Of a stretch of DNA of 64,000 nt, positions 27,948 to 35,208 are shown piece after piece. The stretch's first letter is position 1, and each line of letters opens with the position of its first letter. The translations under genes and the position numbers were made by a program. The stretch is from Christensenellales bacterium (lineage in GTDB: Bacteria; Bacillota; Clostridia; Christensenellales; UBA3700). Location of the stretch: assembly GCA_051883395.1 (NCBI GenBank), contig JBJETQ010000022.1, forward strand, positions 2,305 through 66,304, in the 5' to 3' direction. The notes under the pieces were generated by a model, which saw nothing but the letters and a program-made list of their open reading frames with translations, was not told the origin of the DNA and did no database searches.

Positions 27948-28301
27948 ATGTGTTTTAAAAAATTTACAGAAAAGAGAAAATTGAAAAACTATAACAAGCA
28001 TGATGAAGAAATAAAAGAAAGCAATAGCGTTCTTCGTTCCAATTTTGCCAAGGTAAAAACTTTGTGCGGAATGACTCAATCAGATACAGTAAAGAGCAAA
28101 CTCAATGAAGTTGCCGATTTGTTAGAATATGCATCTCCGTCGACAAAAGGTGAGGTCGTAAAGGAAGATAACAAGATTTCTGACAGGCTTGATGACGTAA
28201 AAATTCTTATTGTTGGAGAGAAGGCAGAAGATAAAATTGTTGAAAAAATCAATGAAATCAGGATTATGGTTATTGAGAGAAATAATTTGACAGGTGTGTA
28301 A
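27948..28301 (+). CDS. operon gene 10: small charged helical protein, unknown family
   Basis: 117 aa with an AAGGAG RBS. Its stop lies 1 nt before the gene 11 start. Confidence 0.5.
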   Translation: MCFKKFTEKRKLKNYNKHDEEIKESNSVLRSNFAKVKTLCGMTQSDTVKSKLNEVADLLEYASPSTKGEVVKEDNKISDRLDDVKILIVGEKAEDKIVEKINEIRIMVIERNNLTGV

Positions 28302-28302
28302 A

Positions 28303-28908
28303 ATGTGGCCTTTTAACAAAAATAAGTTTGAAAAAATCAAGCGTAGCGACGTGGTTGACAGTATCATAAACATAGAGCGCAGGCAACAAGAAGAAATTGA
28401 TAACGTCGGGGAGCGAGAAAAAGAGATAGCGAAACTTTTGCAACAAGGAAAGGCTTGCAAAAGTCGTGATATGCAACTTGCGCTTGCCAAACGCATCAAT
28501 TTGCTTAAAAAAGAAAATAGCAACTCCGCTCAAAGAATTCAGTATCTTAACGCCAATTTGCAGGCGCTAAATCAGCTTAAAACGGCAATTGACGACAAAG
28601 ATTTTATTTCCAACAATTCGGATATACCAATCAACAAACTGTTGACCGATACGGCAGCTTTACAAAAATTTCTTGCCGGTGTAACCAACAAGAAGATGAA
28701 GGGAGAGAGCAAACTTTCTGCGGCGCTTGATACTTTTGATAATGTGGACGACGGCTATGAAGCTAACGAGCGCATTTATGGAGTAAGCGAACAGGACGAA
28801 CAACTTTTAAGTATGTTTGAAATGGAAAATTCTGAAGAAGACGCTTCGGTTTTTGGTGCGCCTGAGTACGAAAAAAATACACAAAGCATAGAAAAGGACA
28901 GCTTATAG
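28303..28908 (+). CDS. operon gene 11: ESCRT-III (Snf7 family)-like protein
   Basis: 201 aa. The N-terminus MWPFNKNKFEK resembles the yeast Snf7 N-terminal MWSSLFGW. It has a basic helical hairpin (IERRQQEEID..EKEIAKLLQQGKACKSRDMQLALAKRINLLKKE..RIQYLNANLQALNQLKTAI) and an acidic C-terminal tail. Confidence 0.7.
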   Translation: MWPFNKNKFEKIKRSDVVDSIINIERRQQEEIDNVGEREKEIAKLLQQGKACKSRDMQLALAKRINLLKKENSNSAQRIQYLNANLQALNQLKTAIDDKDFISNNSDIPINKLLTDTAALQKFLAGVTNKKMKGESKLSAALDTFDNVDDGYEANERIYGVSEQDEQLLSMFEMENSEEDASVFGAPEYEKNTQSIEKDSL

Positions 28909-28922
28909 TGAGGTAGCAAATA

Positions 28923-29516
28923 ATGGGAAGATTTTTCAAGACAAAAGAGGAAAAAGAACTCGAAAAAAGAATGCTCGTCAAAAAGACGATGCGAGATATT
29001 GAGAAACATATCGTAAAATTGCAAGCACAAAAGCAAAAAGCTGTAGAATCGGCAAAGCAAGCCAAGCTTCAAGGTTCGCCTCAACAGTATAGTCTTGCTG
29101 TCAGCTGTTTGAGAACAGCTCTTGCACAAGAAAAGAAAGCAAAAGAAATGTTGCTCAATTTCCAAAACACTTTGCAAATGCGTGATTTGAGCCAAATGAC
29201 AAGCGAGTTTTTGAAGGGAATGAGCATAGTGTCAAAAGAAATGCAAGCTATTACAAAAGATATGAATTTTGCAAAAGTTCAAAAGGAATTTGAAACGGCT
29301 ATGATGGGCATGGAGAATACCACGGATAATCTTGACGCAATGCTTGATTCTACCAACGATACTTTTTCTGCTATATCGTCTTCCAATATCAATATTGACG
29401 ACGCAGAAATCGAAGCGCTTATCGGCAATCAGGCAAGTGAATCTGAAAAGGAACTTGACAATGCCATAGACAAAAAACTCGACGAAATTTCAAAGTCGCT
29501 CAATGGAGCAAATTAA
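28923..29516 (+). CDS. operon gene 12: ESCRT-III (Snf7 family; CHMP2/CHMP3-like) protein with a C-terminal MIM1-like helix
   Basis: 197 aa. The N-terminus MGRFFKTKEEKELEKRM resembles CHMP3 MGLFGKTQEKPPKE. It is collinear with CHMP cores (MRDIEKHIVKLQAQKQKAVESAKQAKLQG ... LRTALAQEKKAKEML ... MTSEFLKGMSIVSKEM ... KVQKEFETAMMGME). The tail is ELDNAIDKKLDEISKSL. Confidence 0.8.
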   Translation: MGRFFKTKEEKELEKRMLVKKTMRDIEKHIVKLQAQKQKAVESAKQAKLQGSPQQYSLAVSCLRTALAQEKKAKEMLLNFQNTLQMRDLSQMTSEFLKGMSIVSKEMQAITKDMNFAKVQKEFETAMMGMENTTDNLDAMLDSTNDTFSAISSSNINIDDAEIEALIGNQASESEKELDNAIDKKLDEISKSLNGAN

Positions 29517-29525
29517 GGAGCAAAA

Positions 29526-31079
29526 ATGGCTGACGCTGATAAAAATGCTTTTATTTACGATACGTTTTTGATGTATTACGAGCATGCAAAAAAAGCACAA
29601 GAACGTGGCGATATTGCCGGAGCAAAAGAAAACTTGCTCCGTGCTGCGCAAGCATTGGTAAAACTTGCCAAGGAAGATAAGGGAGAACTGAAAAAAGCGA
29701 GATTTGATAGAGCAAATCGCCTTATAGAAATTGCCAACAGTCTGACTCCTAACAGCGTAGTTATCGGAGAAAATTCCAACGTTAAGCGCTCGTCAAATTC
29801 TAACAAATCTGATTCTGCCCGTTCTAACAATGCTTCAAAAAACGAAGATGAAGAAAAAATATGGCAGGCGTCTTCTATACCTGATGTCAAATTTAGCGAC
29901 GTGGCAGGTTTGGAAGACGTAAAAAACACTATAAGAATGAGAATGATAAATCCGGTCAAATATCCGGAAAAATACGCTGTTTACAATAAGAAAAGCGGCG
30001 GTGGAGTTTTGTTATACGGACCACCCGGCACTGGTAAGACAATGATTGCCAAAGCAATTGCCAATGAGGTCGGTGCAACGTTTTATGCAATCAAAGGCTC
30101 GGATATAGTAAGTAAGTGGGTAGGAGAGTCGGAAAAAAACATCAGCAGCCTATTTGAAACGGCTCGTAAGGACAAACTTGCAATAATTTTTGTCGATGAA
30201 ATGGATAGTTTGTTTGGTCAAAGGGGTGTGGACCCGCACAATGACAAACGTGTAAACGAGTTTTTGCAGCAAATTGACGGTTTTGTAGGGCGCAACCCTA
30301 ATCTTTTGTTACTGGGTGCGACAAACCGTCCGTGGGACGTCGATGGTGCGGCTGTGCGTTCCGGACGATTTAGCGAAAAAATTTATGTTCCGTTGCCTGA
30401 TGCACAAGCGAGAATGTACCTGTTGAAAAAACAACTTAAAAACATTCCTTTGGGCAGCGATGTTGATTTTGATAAAGTTGTTCAGATGACCAAAGGATAT
30501 TCGGGAGCGGATATCGATGAAGTATGTGATAGAGCCAAAGAAATACCGCTCAATAATTTTATAAAAAACAATATAGAAGAAAAAGTATGTATGAAACATA
30601 TCATAGGAGCAATAAAAAAGGTGAGACCTATGGTAAGTGCCGAGGAAATTGCTCGTTTTGAGGAATATGCGGGAGTAAGATATAAGGACTCTCCTGATGA
30701 AGAAGACGACATAGAATTCAATGACGAGACACAAAACGACGTCAATACAAATAACTCGTCGGTACAAAACGAAAGCTCGGAAGATGTAACAACTAAAAGG
30801 CAAGAAGCTCCAAAAATCATATTCGAGAAAACTCAAATAGATTTACAGCCAGGAGAAAATCCGACAATCCAATTCTATATTGACGGAGATTATGACAGAG
30901 TATATCTAGAATTGGACGGAGCCAATTACGTGTGTGAAAAATGTATACGCAACTGGAGCTGCGTTGTCAATGTACAGGAAGCAGGAGATTATGTTGCCAG
31001 GATTTTTGCTAAAGAGTTGCTGGGAGAAGAAAAATTGACGTTTTCAAAAGGTTTTGTAGAAAACGATATGGAGATTTGA
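29526..31079 (+). CDS. operon gene 13: Vps4-like AAA+ ATPase (N-terminal MIT domain, single AAA cassette, C-terminal helix, extra beta-rich C-terminal domain)
   Basis: MIT-like three-helix region at aa 1-78 (YYEHAKKAQERGDIAGAKENLLRAAQALVKLAKED ... RANRLIEIANSL). Walker A GPPGTGKT, pore loop SKWVGESEK, Walker B IIFVDEMD, sensor-1 GATNRPW. Arginine-finger region AVRSGRFSEKIYVPLPD resembles Vps4 RRFEKRIYIPLP. Followed by MVSAEEIARFEEYAG and about 125 additional aa. Confidence 0.8.
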   Translation: MADADKNAFIYDTFLMYYEHAKKAQERGDIAGAKENLLRAAQALVKLAKEDKGELKKARFDRANRLIEIANSLTPNSVVIGENSNVKRSSNSNKSDSARSNNASKNEDEEKIWQASSIPDVKFSDVAGLEDVKNTIRMRMINPVKYPEKYAVYNKKSGGGVLLYGPPGTGKTMIAKAIANEVGATFYAIKGSDIVSKWVGESEKNISSLFETARKDKLAIIFVDEMDSLFGQRGVDPHNDKRVNEFLQQIDGFVGRNPNLLLLGATNRPWDVDGAAVRSGRFSEKIYVPLPDAQARMYLLKKQLKNIPLGSDVDFDKVVQMTKGYSGADIDEVCDRAKEIPLNNFIKNNIEEKVCMKHIIGAIKKVRPMVSAEEIARFEEYAGVRYKDSPDEEDDIEFNDETQNDVNTNNSSVQNESSEDVTTKRQEAPKIIFEKTQIDLQPGENPTIQFYIDGDYDRVYLELDGANYVCEKCIRNWSCVVNVQEAGDYVARIFAKELLGEEKLTFSKGFVENDMEI

Positions 31080-31080
31080 T

Positions 31081-32583
31081 ATGGAAGAAAAGTTGAAACT
31101 ATACTTTGACGGTATGATTGTCAAAAAATCATCTATTCAGGGAGTTTTTTCTACTTTGAGCTTACCTGCGTTTATTAGAGACTGGTTTATAAAGAGATAT
31201 AGCGATAAAAACGGAGATATTAGCGTTGATTTTGTTACGGAAAAGATAAAGGATATTATTCCAAGAAAAAATGAGTGGAATGCAATTCTTGACAAAATAA
31301 TGACCGGTGAAAAGGCCAAATTTATGGCAAAAATCAACGTTTCATTTGACATAAAAACAGGGCGAGTAAATTTTGCGCTGCCAGACTTTGGTGTAACAAC
31401 CGATCAAACTTATATCAGCGCCACAGTATGGGAGACTTGCAAGAAGAGCCTGTTGCGTACTGATGGCGATATTTGGGGAATAATAGAATTGGGATATGGT
31501 ACGGTCCAAGTCAGCGCAAAAAAAGAGGAAGGAAGGATATTGCTGACTTCATTCAAAGACTTTTTGCCATATAGTATTGATATAAATTATTATAGAAACG
31601 CAAGAAAATATTTTGACTTGGATGAATGGATTGACTTGTTGCTTATGGCGATAGATTACAATCCGTCGGGCTATAACAGTCATGAAGAAAAAATTATGAT
31701 GTTGACCAGGCTTTTGCCGTTTGTAGAAAAGCGTCTTAATCTGATTGAACTTGCGCCAAAAGGTACTGGTAAGAGCTACGTCTTTTCCCAGATCAGTAAG
31801 AGAGGCTGGCTTTCCAGCGGTGGCGTAATGACGAGAGCAAAGTTACTATACGATATGAAAAGCAAACAGGAAGGTTTGGTAGCTAATTATGATTATGTTG
31901 CTCTAGATGAAGTCGGAACAATCAAATTTCCTGATGAGGCAGAAATGCAAGGGGCAATGAAAGGATACCTTGAAAGCGGCTCTTACACGGTTGGTGTAAA
32001 AGCAGGCAATGGTGACGCAGGAATTGTTCTTTTGGGCAATATTAAGTCAGAAATGATGAACGTCAACGTAAATATGTTTGAAAATTTGCCGGCAATATTT
32101 GGTGATTCTGCATTGATAGATCGCTTCCACGGTTTTATTGAAGGCTGGAAAATTCCGAGAATGAACGAGAATATGAAGGCCGACGGTTGGGCACTAAATA
32201 CGGAATATTTTGCAGAAATATTGCATGCATTCAGAGATGACGTTGTATCAAAAACATTGGTTGAAAATGTGCTAATCGTTCCAAAAGATGCAGACACCAG
32301 AGATACTACTGCCGTCAAGAAGATTATGACTGCCTTTACTAAGTTATTGTTCCCGCATTGGCAAAAGCCTCAGGACGTAGATTTTGAAAAGATGCAAAAA
32401 TATTGTCTTGACCCTGCAATGAAGATGAGAAATATTATCAAAAAGCAGTTGGCAATTATTGATGTTGAATATAGAAACAAACCAATGGCAGATTATAGAT
32501 TGATCGGGTATAATCAAACTCCGCCTGATGATCCAAGCGACAAAGATAGTTTAAGCATCGAACAAGCATGTATAAATGAGTGA
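31081..32583 (+). CDS. operon gene 14: BrxL-like AAA+ ATPase (TIGR02688 / Lon-related ATPase family) lacking the Lon protease domain
   Basis: The N-terminus YFDGMIVKK ... SLPAFIRDWFIKRY, Walker A ELAPKGTGKSY and Walker B YVALDEVG followed by MQGAMKGYLESGSYTVG match my recollection of the BrxL N-terminal and ATPase regions. At 500 aa it is too short to include the C-terminal protease domain. Confidence 0.55.
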   Translation: MEEKLKLYFDGMIVKKSSIQGVFSTLSLPAFIRDWFIKRYSDKNGDISVDFVTEKIKDIIPRKNEWNAILDKIMTGEKAKFMAKINVSFDIKTGRVNFALPDFGVTTDQTYISATVWETCKKSLLRTDGDIWGIIELGYGTVQVSAKKEEGRILLTSFKDFLPYSIDINYYRNARKYFDLDEWIDLLLMAIDYNPSGYNSHEEKIMMLTRLLPFVEKRLNLIELAPKGTGKSYVFSQISKRGWLSSGGVMTRAKLLYDMKSKQEGLVANYDYVALDEVGTIKFPDEAEMQGAMKGYLESGSYTVGVKAGNGDAGIVLLGNIKSEMMNVNVNMFENLPAIFGDSALIDRFHGFIEGWKIPRMNENMKADGWALNTEYFAEILHAFRDDVVSKTLVENVLIVPKDADTRDTTAVKKIMTAFTKLLFPHWQKPQDVDFEKMQKYCLDPAMKMRNIIKKQLAIIDVEYRNKPMADYRLIGYNQTPPDDPSDKDSLSIEQACINE

Positions 32584-32600
32584 GTAAACAGGAGCGTCAA

Positions 32601-34820
32601 ATGAGTATAAAAATAAAAAGAAGAGTGGCAATATTTGGCATAATCGCATTACTGTTGGCAGTATTATGCGTAGGCGTTGCTTGCGATTCAAACGAATTCG
32701 AAAGAGATATTTTGCCTGAAAATAATAGCACTGGTGTTGAGGAAGAAAATAAAGTGCTAGAAGATGAATTGGAAAATTTGGCAATGCATCTTGATATGTC
32801 TTTAGGACTATTCAGAGTTCTTAAAGAGAACAATAGTATCCAATATTATACAGCAGTATTTATAGACAATCAAGGCGGTTTTGTTGTGCCAAAAGAAGCA
32901 ATAGAAAATTCTATTAGCGCTGAATTAAAAACTCAAAACAGAATTTATGAAAATAATAAAATTCATGTAATCAAAAACAATGAACAAAGTAATTTTGCCG
33001 TACTCAGTGTTGACGACATTGTTACCGAGGGATTACTTACGACAAAAGAAATAAGCAATAAGGTTTATGCTGTAGGATATAACAAAACTAGCAATAACTT
33101 TGAAAAAAAGGTAATAGAAGTTTATAATTTTGACAAGGTGATAATATCGGCTGAATCAAGCGATTTTCTTTATGGATGTGCATTAATAGATTCGTCAAGT
33201 AAAAAATTATATGGCGTATATTCTCCTGTTGAAGGAGTAGCAGCAAGTGCTGAAATTTTGATGGCTGAGCCAATTGAGGATCAGTTGAGCGGGACTAACA
33301 TATATTGGAGTTTGGCAGAGTATAATCGTTCCAAATATCCATGCAATGTGTCAATATATGACGGTGAGTCGTTAGTATATTCTTTCAGTAGCGGCGTGGT
33401 TTTTGGCACGGCTGTGGGAGATATCTTGGCACAAACACGACATGTACTTAATAATCCGGGTCATGCGCTTGTAGGTTTTTATGACGACGATAACAATCAT
33501 TACACTGACGTCTCCGACGATATAAGAGACGACGTGAATTTGCATACTATGTGGGTAGAGATTGACGTGCTAGAAGAGAACGTAAGGGGAACGGTGAATT
33601 TTGACGAAAGTAAAACCCATTATTTTGATACAGGTATCAGTGTCGTTGCAACAAACGCCCCAGGTTACGTTTTTGCAGGCTGGTATAACGGAATCTACTT
33701 GCTAGATTCGGCATTGAGTGCAAAGTTACCTGTACCACAATATAACGCCACCTTTAATGCTAAATGGGTGCAATTTAGCTATGAAACCAATAATGATGCA
33801 GCAGGAAACGTTGAGGCTACAAGTTCTTATAACAGTATAGGTGATAGCGTTGTGCTGAGAGCCATAGAAACTGATGAGACATATACTTGGTTGGGCTGGT
33901 ATAAGGGCGGCGAAAAGGTTTCTGATTCGTATATATATACTATGACGATCGGAGAAGAAGATGCTCTTTACACGGCAACTTGGGAGAGCTATACGTTGAA
34001 TTTGTCGGCGGATGTGATTGGCAATAGCATTACGGTTAATTTTGACATCAACGATGAACAGGTCAGTGCAACGATGCCTTCTTCGCAGACGATATATACA
34101 GGTGAAAGTATATATTACGTCAAACCTACCGATATAGTTGGCAGATACCTGTTTGCAGGATGGTATAGTACGGCAGATTGCACAGGAGAACCGTTTGATT
34201 TTACCGCCGAGTTGAATAGCGACGTTACGCTCTATGCAAAATGGTGTGCATATAATGTCGATACTAGCAGCAATACATATTATTCAAGGCAAGTGGGCGA
34301 AACGGGAAACATATATGGTTATAGTAAAAATAGCAGTAGCGGAAACTACATAGCATTTGTTCCGTTGGTGAGTCAAAGCATAACTATTTATTCTTCGGGC
34401 AGTTGGGATACGTACGGCTATCTGTATAGCAGTAATATGAGCTTGCTCAGTTATAACGATGACGGTGGCATAAATAATAATTTTAGTATTACATATAGCG
34501 TGAAAGCAGGACAATTATATTATATCAAAGCGTGCGGGTATTCGTCATCAGGTACTATGGGCTTAACGATAACGGGTACTGCAACTCCTGCTGACGGAGG
34601 TAATGTAGTCGGTTTCAGCGGACCTTATTCCGGAAGAATTAAGGCAGGAACTGTATTCAATTTTAGAACCCATGCAACTAGCGGCGCCGGCGCTTATGTT
34701 TTCAATGGCTGGTATGTCAACGGAATCTTGCAAGATGCAGACTACGATGAATTTGAATTTGTAATGCCTTATCAAGATGCAAATATAGAAGTAAAATATA
34801 GAACCATGTCGATTTACTGA
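32601..34820 (+). CDS. operon gene 15: anchored surface protein with a degenerate trypsin-like domain, Listeria-Bacteroides (InlB B-type) repeats and a PPC-like domain
   Basis: N-terminal anchor or possible lipobox IFGIIALLLAVLCVGVAC. Repeats GYVFAGWY, YTWLGWY, GRYLFAGWY..DVTLYAKW and AYVFNGWY. SWDTYGYLYSSNMSLLSYNDDGG ... GQLYYIKACGYSSSGTMGLTITG is typical of pre-peptidase C-terminal domains. AGGAG RBS precedes ATG 32601. Confidence 0.65.
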   Translation: MSIKIKRRVAIFGIIALLLAVLCVGVACDSNEFERDILPENNSTGVEEENKVLEDELENLAMHLDMSLGLFRVLKENNSIQYYTAVFIDNQGGFVVPKEAIENSISAELKTQNRIYENNKIHVIKNNEQSNFAVLSVDDIVTEGLLTTKEISNKVYAVGYNKTSNNFEKKVIEVYNFDKVIISAESSDFLYGCALIDSSSKKLYGVYSPVEGVAASAEILMAEPIEDQLSGTNIYWSLAEYNRSKYPCNVSIYDGESLVYSFSSGVVFGTAVGDILAQTRHVLNNPGHALVGFYDDDNNHYTDVSDDIRDDVNLHTMWVEIDVLEENVRGTVNFDESKTHYFDTGISVVATNAPGYVFAGWYNGIYLLDSALSAKLPVPQYNATFNAKWVQFSYETNNDAAGNVEATSSYNSIGDSVVLRAIETDETYTWLGWYKGGEKVSDSYIYTMTIGEEDALYTATWESYTLNLSADVIGNSITVNFDINDEQVSATMPSSQTIYTGESIYYVKPTDIVGRYLFAGWYSTADCTGEPFDFTAELNSDVTLYAKWCAYNVDTSSNTYYSRQVGETGNIYGYSKNSSSGNYIAFVPLVSQSITIYSSGSWDTYGYLYSSNMSLLSYNDDGGINNNFSITYSVKAGQLYYIKACGYSSSGTMGLTITGTATPADGGNVVGFSGPYSGRIKAGTVFNFRTHATSGAGAYVFNGWYVNGILQDADYDEFEFVMPYQDANIEVKYRTMSIY

Positions 34821-34933
34821 TAGATATTTATTAAGTTATCAGTATATGTAAATAAGTAAATTGGGGGACTTGCCTGAGATTGTGGTATTGTACTGTACTT
34901 TAATAGGAGAGATATCATTGCAGTTAGCAAAGC

Positions 34934-35203
34934 TTATAGTATAAAAACAGCGTTCCATTTAGCTGTAAGGACGGCGTTGTCGTTGGTTATTGACCAACCT
35001 TTTAACATTTTGCCATTGCTATTGGTAATTTGCGTATTGCCTATATACCAACCGTCAAAAGTATAGTGAGACCTTGTAGGTACTACCAACGTCTTGGTCA
35101 AATTATATTGTATAGTCCCCAAAGCGTCTCCGCCGTTGACGGCATAACTTATATTATAAGAATTAAGTTGGTGTTGAAAATGCGTATAAGATATGATATA
35201 ATA
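34934..35203 (-). pseudogene. orphan fragment encoding a single Listeria-Bacteroides repeat (gene remnant)
   Basis: The minus-strand frame is open from 35203 and reads YNISYAVNGGDALGTIQYNLTKTLVVPTRSHYTFDGWYIGN ... AVLTAKW. There is no ATG, RBS or signal peptide, and it overlaps the promoter of the downstream plus-strand gene. Confidence 0.55.
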
Positions 35204-35208
35204 TTATA
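35174..35208 (+). promoter_or_regulatory. promoter of the rubrerythrin-fusion gene with an overlapping 12-nt palindrome
   Basis: TTGAAA (35174-35179), a 17-nt spacer ending in TGA, then TATAAT (35197-35202). TATAATATTATA (35197-35208) is a perfect palindrome resembling Fur/PerR-type boxes. Confidence 0.45.

Noticed and set aside
18573-34820. The 15-gene block considered as a prophage or a conjugative element, because FtsK-like ATPases act as DNA translocases or coupling proteins and SPFH 'virion core protein' names suggest phage.
   Set aside because: No integrase, relaxase, replication, capsid, portal, terminase, tail, holin or VirB4/VirD4-type genes are present. The 'virion core protein' label is a historical COG name for YdjI-type SPFH proteins. 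The WXG-like partners favour a protein-handling ATPase. A defence or secretion island is more consistent.
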